A stretch of DNA of 40,191 nt from Kipferlia bialata (Eukaryota): positions 1 through 40,191 of the forward strand of contig BDIP01000035.1 of the NCBI GenBank assembly GCA_003568945.1, in the 5' to 3' direction. The translations under genes and the position numbers were made by a program. Below are positions 1-13,984 of the stretch, piece after piece. The notes under the pieces are model-generated. The model was not told the origin of the DNA. It saw only the letters and a program-made list of their open reading frames with translations, and searched no databases. Numbering within the stretch: the stretch's first letter is position 1; every line of letters begins with the position of its first letter.

Positions 1-70
1 ATTCGTCTCTCTCCCCCCCCCCCCCCCCCCCATCTCTCATATATATATATATATACCTCTCTTACCCCAG

Positions 71-1808
71 GCATTCACGCCCCTGCCTTCACCTATCTGT
101 GTGTGGGTGGGTCTGGTGTCGATGCCCCCCTGTCCGTGGGTCTATCAGTGCAGGACATAGACCAGGCTGCTAAGAAGATGGATACAGTCCTCAGGGTAAG
201 TGTACTATATCATAGTATATGATGTATATGTATGTCTGTTTTCTATATGTCTGTACAGGACATATGCCGCAGACACCCTAGAAGATGGATGCAGTGTTAA
301 GGGTATGGATTGACTGAAGTATGTTCACAGAAGTATACAGTTCCCTTCTAACCTCCCAGGACCTTGTTGGCTCCTGCAAGGCCTGGGATGCCACTGTGCC
401 TATCAAGAGATACCCCGATGCAGTGCTGTCCATAGCACGGACACTGGCCATTGTATTGGGTACGTGTATGGTTTAGTATATATATATATATCGAGTGTAT
501 GTATATATGTATCAAGAGATACCCAGATGCAGTGCTGTCCATAGCACAGGATATTGTGCTAGGTGCATATTATAGTATATTGTTGCATGTGGGTGTATAG
601 AGTCTCCTTCTATCGCATAGCTAGGACACTGGCCATTGTGCTAGGTATAGGAGATAGTGTAGTATATTAGAGTACACACATGTATGCACTCTGGCTCCAT
701 CCCTCTCTCTTACCCCAGGTGTTGAGATGCCCGCCCCCCTACTACATATCCATAGCGTATCATCATCCCAAATCCATGACAGATGTATATGTATATCAGT
801 TCTCTATATAAGTACCTCACCCCAGGTGTAGAGATGCCCCCCTCCTACTACCTGTCTGGGTGTGAGACCACCAGACTGCTGGCCAGGATGGACCCACTGC
901 ACAGGGACCATGTGGAGGTATATAGTGTATATACTATATGTATATGCTATACAGATATACTGTCTATTCATATACTATATATGTATTGGCCAGGATGGAC
1001 CCACTGCACAGGGACCATGTGGAGGTGGGTATAGTGAGTATAATATAGTGTATTCTGTGTATATCATGTAGGGAGTGTATGTATACTCTATCGGAGAGAG
1101 AGAGAGAGATAGTGAGCAAGGATGGATCCACAGCACAAGGACTGTGAGGGGGTATACTGTATACTCTATAGTGTTTACTATATATATATAGTGACATTCC
1201 CTCCCCTCACCCAGGCCGAGTCCCGCATTCTGTCTGCCGCTGCACTGGACCCTGAGACACAGGACATGCCATACAGGGCACTGGAGACTATTAGGTGTGT
1301 GTTATTGTGTATATATAGTGTAGATAGTATATAGATATACACTCTGTCTAGAGACACAGGACATGCCATACAGGGCACTGGAGACAATTAGGTGTGTATA
1401 TATATATTATAGTGTGTATAAGACTATATGGTATATATATAGATAGTGTGTCGTGTATTGATATACACTCTGTCTAGAGGAACAGGACATGCCATACAGG
1501 GCACTGGAGACTATAAGGTGTGTATATATGTGTATGTATAGATAGATAGATAGATATATAGATGGTACAGAGACACAGGACATGCCGTACAGGGCACTGG
1601 AGACTATAAGGTGTGTATATGTATATATGAATGGATGGTATATCGTGATATATATGTATGTCTAGAGACACAGGACATGCCATTCAGGGCATTAGAGACT
1701 ATTAGGCATGGTGTATCTGATACCTTCTACATTACTTTACTAACCAGCTATGTATATACTAACCCCCCCCAGGCTCCAGCCCGACCAGAGGCAGACCTCT
1801 CTCTCTCT

Positions 1809-1839
<31 letters not shown>

Positions 1840-3791
1840 GCCATATGTATGTGTGTATATATTTATATGCGTATATACTAACCCCTCTAGGCTCCAGCCC
1901 GACCAGAGGCAGACCTCTCTCTCTATATATATACATATACACATATCCCATAAATATGTTTGTGTATATATATATATATGCGTGTGCACTAACCCCCAGG
2001 CTGCAGCCCGACCAGAGACAGACCCTGATGCGTGCTGTTGTGTTCATATACCCAGACCCCTTGGTGTCGCCATTCCTCAGGTACTTGGGTATATTCAAGT
2101 AATAGATGAATATTGTAAATATCGGCATGTGTATTATTTACTTTATGTATATATATATATACCCTAACCCCAGACCCTCTCTTGCCACATATGGCACAGC
2201 TGTCACCAGAAGGCAGCTAGAGGGTATCATGCTGGTGCTAGTGACCAGTATGGTGGACAAGCTGACACACGGCAATGAGGATGAGGTATATATATGTATT
2301 GGATATTCATGTACCCATGTGTGTGCAGTGACTGGTAATGGGGGGGTCCTTTCATATGTACATCCCTCCATTGTATGCTATCCCCTCACCCCCAGCACTC
2401 CTCTAGCGCTCTCTCCACCTTGCGTACATACGTGGCCAACATAGTATGTGGACTCAGAGGGGCAGACTTGGAGGTACAGGATACATATGTGTATGCCAAT
2501 ACTCTACATAGATACTATATATATATACTACTATGTATGCGTCTCTCACCCCCCAGGTGGTTGAGGCCTTTAGAGAGCTACTGGTCAGGTTCAGATTTGG
2601 GGGCAGGGACTTAGCCATACCCCCTCTCGACAAGACATTCAGCCAGCACATAGGTATGTATATATATGTATATATGTTCACAAATATGTGCAAGTTTTAG
2701 ATTAGCAATAGGGCCATCTCACCCTCAGGCTACTCGTCTGGTGCCCCTACTAGTCAGGCCCTGCTACCTGCTGAGCAGTCACACGACACGGCACACAGGT
2801 ATATACATGTGTAGTATATATACTATTATTAGTAATATGTATATTGCATACTAAAGCATATATACCTGCTGAGCAGTCACACGACACGGCACACAGGTAT
2901 ACACATGTATATTATATATACTACTATTAATATGTATATTGCATACTAAAGCATATATACCTGCGGAGCAGTCACACGACACGGCCCACAGGTAGGAGTA
3001 TAGTGTACATTCACCCAGATACCCACTCTCTACTCCATATCTGAATATATCTGTTTATATATATGTAGTCTCCTCACATCCGTGTACTCATCCCAGACTG
3101 CTGTGCCTCCTCCACCTGGACTGGACCCTTGTGTCTGCACCCTTATGGACAGACTCAGTCACCCAGACACTGCTGTCATACGCAGACAGGTATGGTATCA
3201 ATGTATATGTATAGAGAGAAAGATATATATAGATAGGTATATATGCAGAGAGGTCACCCAGACACCGCTGTCATACGCTGACAGGTAGGTGGTAATTTCA
3301 CAATCTCATAAACTGGACACTCTTCCTACTCATTGTATTACGTTGTGTATTTGGTTTTACTATAGCCATGACACCCCCCCCCCCTAACCTCAGCGAGCAC
3401 CAGCCGACCTGTGGTGTCTCCACCCTGGGCCCTCTGTCCCAGACGCCAACAGAGACAGAGAGACAGGGGAGGGATAGGGCACCTAGCACAGACAGACAGA
3501 CATCTAGGGCACACACCACTGGAGGTAGGATACATATATATATACTGCAAATACACTAACTATGCTGTGAATATACTATTAAAGAGTTGTATATGGTGTG
3601 TGTGTATGCTACTGTCCTTTACCCCTCCAGGCAAGTCCGGTGACAGGGACAGAGAGAGAGAGAGAGGCAGTGACGGCCCCTCTGGTGACACTGGCTCCCT
3701 GGACACAGACACTCTGTCACAGGGGACTGACCCCTTAGAGTATCTAGCTGCTATGTGTCCAGTGCCCACTGCCGTGCAGGTATTGTTATAT

Positions 3792-3834
<43 letters not shown>

Positions 3835-6800
3835 TATATGTTACTATCTAACCATCTCTTAACCCAGGTCACCGCTGTTGTGTCCTCCCTGGCCCGGATA
3901 GTGAGTGATGCCGGACACACAATGTTCACAGAGCTCTACAGGTATCACTGTACATCCATGATACATACATAGACCTGCTCTCACCCCCCAGACAGGTCTA
4001 TGCCTCTGTCGAGCCCTCCCCCTCTGAGGCCCCCTCCCCCTCTCTGCACCACCCGATGGGTAGGCAGGTAGAGGCACAGGGGGAGGGGCAGGAGGCACTC
4101 TCACTCCAGCACAGGTATGTGTATATGTATGTCTATATGCAGTATTCCTTCATGGCGCAATATACATCTGACCCTCCCAGAATCCTTGCCAAGACTGTCA
4201 ACTACCTGACACCCAACTACCTGCAGCAGAGATGTGTACACAGGTACGGATGGATACTATCTATTCATATTATATTATTCATAGATGTAAATCTTTATGC
4301 ATGGAGATGTGTCAAGCTTCAAGTGATAGTTGACGAAGCATGTATGTATACATGACTATCACTCTCACTCCCCCCTCACCCCCCCAGACACAATGCCCTC
4401 GACACTCTCCTCGAGTGCCTGACCACTGTGCCTGCCCTGCCTACAGAGATGGACGTATTGACAGGGAGGTACGGGACAGTGCTTATAGTTATAGTTATAG
4501 AGCTATACATATGAGTACATGTATATGAGTGTATATGAGAGATGGACCTGCTCACAGGGAGGTACGGGAGGGTGTATATGTGTATATATATATATGAGTG
4601 AGTGCATAGACATGTCATATATGCTGGTCGCTTTGTACTTACCGCCTAGGCACGTGTATGTATAGTTATGTAACCTATATTTTTCCTCACCCCCCCAGGC
4701 ATGTCTATGAGCTCCAGGCTGCCTCCCCCCAGGCCGCTAGGCTGATCGTCAAGATGATAGGGGCTAGGGAGAGAGAGAGAGAGAGGCTGAGGGCAGAGAG
4801 GGAGAGAGAGGTCCAGAACGATAGTACCATGGACCTGTCCTCTATTGCCAGGGCATCTGTTACTCTATCAGAGGCAGAGAGGAAGAACATCAGGATATTG
4901 GAGGTACCTTGCTCTCTCGCTCTCTCTATATGTATATTCTAACACGTCATACTCTTGGAGCTCAACCATGCCCTGTATGATGTCTATCTCTTCTCTGTAT
5001 GAATGCTATAGTATACTGTATATAGCATCTTACCCCAGGAGCTTAAGCTTGCCCTGTACGATGTCCTAGATGGCCAGGACATGCCTGACGATGCAGTGGG
5101 GGCATGTCTGACAATGGAGGGGGAGGAGGCACTCATGAACAGGGAGACGCGGTACGGTAGATATAGTTTCATAAAGTATGAAGTATAATGAATTGTATAT
5201 TAGTGTCCATCTCTCTCTCACCCCGAGCCTTGCGCAGTACATGCGTGTATTAATTCATATATATATAGGGTAGTATACTACCCTACTCTCTCACCCCCAC
5301 TCTTAAATATATATACACACATATATATGTACATATATATACAGTACCCGTTACTCATCCTAGCCTTGCTCAGTACATGCGTGTGTGCGGCCACCCCCAC
5401 TCTGCCCAGCTGTTACTAACAGAGGGAGAGACACGGAGGGAGAGAGAGAGAGAGGCCAAGGTGCAGGCAGAGAAGGAGAGGGAGAGAGAGAAGGAGAGGG
5501 AGAAGGAGAGACTCGCAGCCGTGGAGGCCGAGACACAGCGAGAGAGAGAGAGGGAGAGAGAGCTGATGCGTGAGAGAGCCGGTTCCCTCTCCATCTCCCT
5601 TGACATCCCAGTCCCTCCCCCACCCTCCTCCGCCCTTAGCAATGTGTCTTCCACCTCTACATCCTCCACACTCCCTAGTATCACTCTCAGCCAGACACAA
5701 GGGTCTAACAGTGCTACTAAGGCTGAGGCTGAGGCAGAGGCTGAGGCTTCCTTGACCCCTAAGGAGAGAGAGAGAAGGGGAGACAGAGAGGCCATCAAGG
5801 CAATGACGAGGTAGGGTAGTAGACTGCATTTACCTATTCATATATTGCCATGGTTGTCTTACAGAAGGTACCAGCTCCAGATGTCCCTCCTTGGCGAGCA
5901 GCACCAGTGGCATGCCCTGTTCGACATTGCAAAGAGGTATACTTTACACACATAATTACACAAGGAGCTATTCCTGTCTTAGAGGTGGTTTTCTAGCATT
6001 GGCTATGTGTGTGTATTTGGGCATAGTTTAGTATTTATACCCAACCCCCCCCCCCCCATCCCCTCACCCCCAGGTGCAAGGCCGCCCTTGACAGCGGTGC
6101 CTTTGTTGTACCACCCCCCCAGGCTGACATGGTCACACACCTGTGGGGGGAGGTGGACAGGGTGGTGGAGGCATTGAGGAAGGGTGGGTTGCTNNNNNNN
6201 NNNNNNNNNNNNNNNNNNNNNNNNNNNNNNNNNNNNNNNNNNNNNNNNNNNNNNNNNNNNNNNNNNNNNNNNNNNNNNNNNNNNNNNNNNNNNNNNNNNN
6301 NNNNNNNNNNNNNNNNNNNNNNNNNNNNNNNNNNNNNNNNNNNNNNNNNNNNNNNNNNNNNNNNNNNNNNNNNNNNNNNNNNNNNNNNNNNNNNNNNNNN
6401 NNNNNNNNNNNNNNNNNNNNNNNNNNNNNNNNNNNNNNNNNNNNNNNNNNNNNNNNNNNNNNNNNNNNNNNNNNNNNNNNNNNNNNCTATATATGTGTGT
6501 ATTAGTGTAGTTATACATATATACCTGTGGGGGGAGGTGGATAGGGTGGTGGAGGCATTGAGAAAGGGTGAGTGTATAGTCACATCCACACTGCTCATCG
6601 ATTCCGAGAATGCTCTATATATACATGTGTACCCATAGTGTATGTGGATTCTCTCCTCCTCCTCCTCACCCCCCTAGGCACCAAGGTCAACCCCCGCACC
6701 CAATGTATGCTCTATCTCTCTCTCTCTCTCTCTCCTTCTCTCTCTCTCTCTATATATATATATATCCCCCTCACCCCATAGGCACCAAGGTCAACCCCCG

Positions 6801-8334
6801 CACCCCTGCCCTGGGCCAGTCAGATGACATGGGCATACTCAGTGTGATAGCCGCTACACCAGGTATGTATAATGGTATTTCTATATATGTGTATATACGC
6901 AGTGTATGTGTATCTAGTGGTTCAATGGGCATACTCAGCGTGATAGAAGCAACAGCACGTGGGCATACATGTATATATACCATTGGATATTTGAAGAGTG
7001 TCTATCTATCTGTATCTGTATGTATATGTGTATGTGTCTCTTACCCCCCAGCCGCCCCCCTGTCTGTGACTGAGGAGGAGGTTGAGCTGTCCAAGGGTCT
7101 AGTGCTCACGCTGGTACTGACCTCACCGGATATGGTGCTCAGTGCCATATGTCACAACTCGAGGTATGCAGAGGGAAATTGCATATAACTAAATTTGTAA
7201 TACACATTCACACATGTGTAACCGTATGAATGCATATGCCACAACCTAGGGTATATTTTCACACTATTCTATGTTATTCTACATTGCATTTATCTAAGAA
7301 TTGTTCTCTAATCATATATGCATGTATATGATAGATATGTATTTAACCCCCCTAGGATCATGGCCATCTTCCTCCCTGTCCTTGATTCTTATATAGGCGT
7401 GTTCAGTATTATATGTGTTCTATCCATCTCTAACCCCCTAGGATCATGGGCATCTTCCTACCCGTGCTTGAGGCTGCCAAGGCAACGGCACTGGCCGTGG
7501 CAGACGTGGCGGGGGTGCAGGTATATAGAAGTGTGTATACAATCTAACTATTATTATATATAGAGAGTATATGCTTATTTATGTATGGAGAGACAGAGTG
7601 ATCATGGGTAGTGTGAGCGTGGCTGGGTTGCAGATACCTTATGAGTATTTACATACTCCTATGGTCAGGCCCACTCTATGCTACATAGGGATGGCATGTA
7701 TATATGTGTTATGCCATGTATACTTTCATATGTCTATGTATATATATATATGTACATCTCTATATGCACTCTATTACTAACCCTCAGGCCCACTCCATCC
7801 TACATAGGGATAGCATGTATATATATTTTTATGCCATATATACTTTCATATCTCTATGTATATATCCATATTGATATCCTATGTACTTACACCTTGGCCC
7901 ACTCCATCCTGCACCGGGATGGCCTGGCCACTACTGTATATATATATATATACATCTCTATATACTCTCAATATCTCATTAACCCTCAGGCCCACTCCAT
8001 ATTACATAGGGATGGCCTGGCCACGGCTAGGGCCCACATTGCATCACTGAGGCACAGATCATCGACCAGGGACATACCCACTAAGCTGCTAGGTGGGTAG
8101 TAGTGGACTATATATGTATATATCTATATACATATACGGCCCTCACCCCCAGTGTACCAGCTCATGTTCATGCTACCTATCAATATGGTCCAGTATCATA
8201 TATGCATGTGTATTATCATATGTGTTAACCTCTAACCCCAGGTTACCAGTATGTATCATGTAGTTGTATTTACAATGTTCATTAACCCCAGTGTACCAGT
8301 TGATGTTCATGCTGGCCCCCATGGCCACCAGACA

Positions 8335-8367
<33 letters not shown>

Positions 8368-11300
8368 TTTATATGTATATGTATACATGTGCATTAGTAT
8401 TATATATATATATATTAATACTGATAGCTACCTACTGACCCCAGTCTATCAATTGATGTTCATGCTGGCCCCCATGGCCACCAGACTCACAGACATCGGC
8501 ACAGTGCTGTTGATGCTGAGGTGGGTATATTCCCTTGTACATGTATTTATACCATGTGCAATATACTATATTCTATATAGTTAGAATACGTTGTATAGTT
8601 TCAAGTATGTTACTGCATGATGACATATTACCCCCTCACCTCTCACCCCCTAGGGAGAAGCTCCTCGATGGCGTTGCCTCCTCTCTAGTGAATGGGTCGA
8701 GGAGGGCTAGAGTACTCACAATGGCGCAGATGGGTGAGGCTACACATATTACACTTCTACTCTAAATGTGTTTGTATTATATGTTAATGTATATATATAT
8801 TACTGACCCTTACCTCCAGCCCTTGAGGTAGCAGAGTGCTCCGTTGTCCTCTTACTCAAGGAGGAGGCAGCCAAGGAACTGACGGTACGGATTGTATATA
8901 TACAGTATATATACAGTATACATTAGTGTATGTATATATATATATAGATATGAATGTACTCAAGGAGGAGGCAGCCAAGGAACTCACGGTACGGTTGACA
9001 TCTATATACATATGTGTATAGTTATATATGTATATTCTATAGTTATCCTATATCATACTTACCGTATTTCATACCCTTCCCACCCCAATGACGTCAGGAT
9101 GCCCAGCAGAAGACCCGGCACTCCCCCTTCTACCTCCTCGAGTGTCTGTGTGCCATATGGGTGGCAAGGTACGTTCTCTCTCTCTATATATATATATGAA
9201 TTTGTATTCCTCTGCTTGTCTAACATTAATATATGTATATGTATATACTACTACTGCTGATACCTCTTCGAGTGTCTGTGTGCCATATGGGTGGCTAGGT
9301 ATGGGATATGTATATGTATATGAGTCTAAACACAGCTACTTATGTTGTATACAGTCTATTTGGAGCTGTGTGCCATATATGGGTGCCTAGGTACTCTCTC
9401 TCTCTCTCTCTCTCTCTAATTACATATCTGAACATATACATATATGTTACATATCCATATACCTCCTAACCGCCCAGGTCCCCCCAGGTCTGGGAGGCTG
9501 TGTCCACAGTTACTATGTATACATGCTCCCTCCTCTCATATATACATATATATGTGTGTACCTCTATCTCCATATACACACTCAATATAGGTCCCCCGAG
9601 GCCTGGGAGGATGTGTCCACTGTGTCCCAGCTGGTGGCATCTAGACGGATGATGCTCGCTGGGCTGGCAGACCAAGTGGGAGGTATGTTGTGTATATATA
9701 CAGACGATATGTAGAGGCATAATGCTATTGTATTGCAGTGCTCTCTATCAATTGACGATATCTGTCTTACCTCACCCCCAGGCCTTGGTCAGCAGGTCCT
9801 GAAGCACCAGAACCTGATCAGAATGATAGACCAGACAGGTGGGTAGAGATAGAGTACATATATAACGCAGCAATATAGTATATGCATGTATGAGTATTAT
9901 AGGAGTATGCACAGAATGATCGACCAGACGGGTATGTGCATCTATGTCTGTATATATGTATGTATAGTCATATCAGTATCATATGATACTCACTTACCAG
10001 CCGAGAACACCGTTGTGGACATGACCCTGTTGTATGTTCTATATATGGATGTATATATATGGTTATATGAATAACATGACCCTGTTGTATGTTCTATATA
10101 TGGATGTATATATATGGTTATATGAATATATACCTATAACTGTCTATCATACTCACCCCCCAGCCGAGAACACTGTTGTGCACATGACCAGACGGGCCAG
10201 GCACCTGGGGAGACCTCTCCTGGGGCTAGGTAGGGAGAGGGTATATGTGTGGAAATAATCACATATGCATATGTGTATGTATATATCTCTCCCTAACCCC
10301 AGGCATGGCCTACCGCAAGGGCACCGAGCTCAGGCACTACTGGAGCCACATTGGCTACATCATTGAGAGCAGCCTGTGCCACATGGCATGCGGCAGATAC
10401 GAGGTGTGTGTATGATATATACTGCTGTGTATTCTGTTATATACACAATCTACTCACCCCCAGACTGCCCTCTCTGTCCTAGTCTCCAATGACGTGACAG
10501 GGGATGGTAGAGTGGCATCAGTCATGCTCGCACAGACAAAGGTGTGTATGTGCACTGTTTACACTACAAATATTTTACCTAGTAAAGTGTAGTCTCTCGC
10601 CCCTAGAGCCGCATCCTCCCCGCCATGGGCCAGCACACTGTCCATTATTAATACTCTATATATATATATTATACAATGTAATACTTATAGTGAGTATTCA
10701 CCCCAGGGCCGCATCCTCTCTGCCATGGGCCAGCACACTGTGTATAATACTATCTATATATGTAAATATTGAATTATCAGTGTATTATGCTATCCTTACC
10801 TCAGGGCCGTATCCTGTCTGCCATGGGCCAGCACACCGAGGCCCAGCGGGTATTGGAGGGGGCAGTGGCTACAGCTAACGGGGCCAGTACAACGGTACGG
10901 ACAGTGCTGATACATCATGTATACCAGAATACATTTCATTGTACTCTACCCTTCTGCATATATATTTCTGTACATGTTTAAACTGTATTCACCCCAGGCC
11001 TGGCTCCACCTAGGCCAGTCCATGGTGCATGACCTGCACTCACCCTCCCGTACCCAGAGGGGCAGACTACCCACTGACGCTGAGGCCCAGGCCATACACG
11101 CATCATCCCTGTCTCTCGTGCACTCTCTCTTGTCTAGCTGTCTGTTAGGTGGGTAGTTAGTGTATCTGCATATAGTACTCACTACGTATTTATGTGTACA
11201 ATATTTCACAACCCCTTACCCCAGGCTGCCGCAGATACACCCTCCGTGGCGCCAGGATGGTGTGCTCTCTCCTCAGGGCTGTATATGCACCCCCATACCC

Positions 11301-13945
11301 CCTGACCCTGGGGGGGACAGCGGCCATGGTAGAGAGAGTGGGCGGGTACGGTAGTGTGTATATATCAGAGTAGTACATTTATCCTAATGGGGGGGAGGGC
11401 AAATAGTTGAGTCAGCCATACCACTAGTATATATACCAGATGGGTAGTCTGTTGTTGATCTGTCTAACCCCTCAGCTACGGTCTCCAGGCCCCTGATGCG
11501 AGTGGTGTTGTGAGGGACATGCCTGACCTGACAGGGGTAGTGCTGGCAGACGCTAGGTATAGAATGTAGATAGATATATATAAATTTAGCAACAACTTCC
11601 ATATACGATATGTATATTGGTCTGACAGGGGTTGTGCTGGCAGATGCTAGGTATAGGTATATACTATATTTATTCGATAACCCATTTCGGTTACTCTTCC
11701 AATGCCTCTCTCGCTCATTCTACCTTACCCCCAGACTCCTCCACCACCGCGTCCCCTTCCTCCTTGATAGGATCAGACACGTCTCTAGGATGGAGAGAGA
11801 GAGGCAGGAGGGAGAGGGAGAGAGACTGAGACAGGCCACGCAGAGTGGCATGCCTGCCAAGAGGGAGCAGTCATTGAGGCCATTAGTGGTGTATGCTGCA
11901 TCACTCGTACTGAGGTGGGTATCTCTCTCTCTCATTATACATATACATATAGATAGATAGGTATTTGTATTCATGGTTACTATATGGCCCTCTCACCCCT
12001 CAGGACCCTCTGCTCCGACGTCCCCCTCCCCCTGCACCTAGCTGTCTCTGTGCAGTACCATGCCCTACTCGCTGTGAAGGAGGAGAGAGAGAGAGAGACA
12101 GGAGCAGAGGGAGAGAGTGGGTCTCAGCCAATTACATCTGTCGATGTGCCCCCCTATGTGTCAATGGCTGTGGCCAAGTGTATGCACAAGGGTATGCATA
12201 TACATACACTGATACACACATATATATATGTATGTGTATCAACAGATACCTATTCGCATTGTACCTCACCCCTCACCCCAGGCCGTGACACTCTGTTCTC
12301 TGGCCTCCGTGTCTGTGTAGATGCATCTGCTGCACCCAACGCCTCTAACCAGGGGTCCATTGGATACACAGCGGCCATGTACCTCTACTGTGTAATGCAG
12401 GTGGGTATTTATGAACATATGAGTTTATATATGAATATTTGTGCACCTTATACTAATGTATATGTGTATCCTATATGGTTCTTCCATTTGGCCCTCTCAT
12501 TCTCTCTATCTCAGTGTATTTTTCCCTCACCCCAGGCCCTGCACCCCTCTCTGACCCATGCCCTCAGGTCTCTGGCTCAGTCTGTATCACACCTGGATGT
12601 GTCAGTGCTGCACTGGTGAGTATATGTATGTATATGCATATGCAGACACACTATATATATATATATATATGGATGGATACCAACTCATACATTTTGACAG
12701 AACTGTATCTAACCCCCAGGTGCCTATATGCTCTTGGTGAGTTGATCACTGTCCGTGGCACACCTCTTCCCCCACCTGGGCCAGAGAGAGAGAGAGAGCA
12801 GCAGAGAGAGGCACAGTGTGTGTCCCTTGTGTCACTGTGCTTCAGCCATGCAGAGACTGAGATGCAGGACAGGCTTAGTCAGATACCAGGTATTATTCAT
12901 ATACACCAGATAGTCACCTACATTCCCTACTCTTTGACCCCCCAGGCTCCTCCGATGCCCTGGCCGATTTCTCAGTCGCCAAGTTCTGTGCAGACAAGGC
13001 GGTGAAGACAGGTATGAATAGTGTAGGAGAACTGGATACTCTTTAACGTTTAGAGACAGTAATGGTACTGTTCTTTCCGTTCCTCCCTCCCACCCCAGGC
13101 CGTGGAGACTCGGATGGTGTCAGACAGCTGCTGTTGGCCAAGGCCACGATCAGGTGTGTATGTATGTACTCTCTCTTCTATCTCTCCCACTCTTTTGTCT
13201 GTAGTGTTGCACTATACGTATATGATTCCCTCCTCAACCCCCAGCCGCGTTGTGTCCTCCCTGCCCTGCTCCACCCCATCATTCTGCATAAGGGGTCTGG
13301 ACGCATTCCACGCTGCATGCTCACTGTCGACAGAGAGAGGCAGGGGTAGAGAGGCTAAGGGTACCCAGAGACTGTGTGATAGGACGCACTGTCTACCTAC
13401 CCCCACCCTCACTGAGGCTGTGAGTGAGGTGGCCGTGCACGACATACCCAATGCGCAGAAGGTTGGTACTTTCACTTCTATATTTAACACAGTATAGCTG
13501 TGTCTTACATATGACATGTTCTGAAGATATTCAGGGGGTGCCTGTTTATATAGTAGTATTCTAGTCCTGACTCCCATATGATCTCCATCTGGTCCCGTGT
13601 ATTACATACCCTGTCTCACCCCCAGGAGGTTGGTGTCATTGCCAACGTCAAGACCACCCCATCCGTGGTGCCACAGGTGCGTAATAGCTATGCTGCATGT
13701 ATTCATAAGTTATATACACTGGTATGTATGTATTTGTTACTACACTGTACTCTTATATACATCCCCCCTCACCCCCTAGGGCGATGCCAAGATGCCCCAT
13801 GCCCCCTCCATGTGTGTGCCTGAGGTGTCACTCCTAGGCATAGTCCATGGGAGTGCTAAGATAGAGACATCCGGCCATGGCATACCTGTGATAGGGTGCA
13901 GGTACATTAGTATGTATTGTATATGGTAATTACTTGTCTGCCTAG

Positions 13946-13984
<39 letters not shown>

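Noticed and set aside
1254..1710. Repeat-spacer pattern superficially like a CRISPR array (also 23081-23550, 39185-39601)
   Set aside because: Repeats are copies of coding exon ends with splice sites, spacers are low-complexity intron DNA, the context is eukaryotic and no cas genes are present.
7345..8520. Classical mutually exclusive exons as the explanation for the echoes
   Set aside because: Echoes are truncated, carry only one splice site (sometimes dead) and fade into TA repeats, so they are not full exon equivalents.
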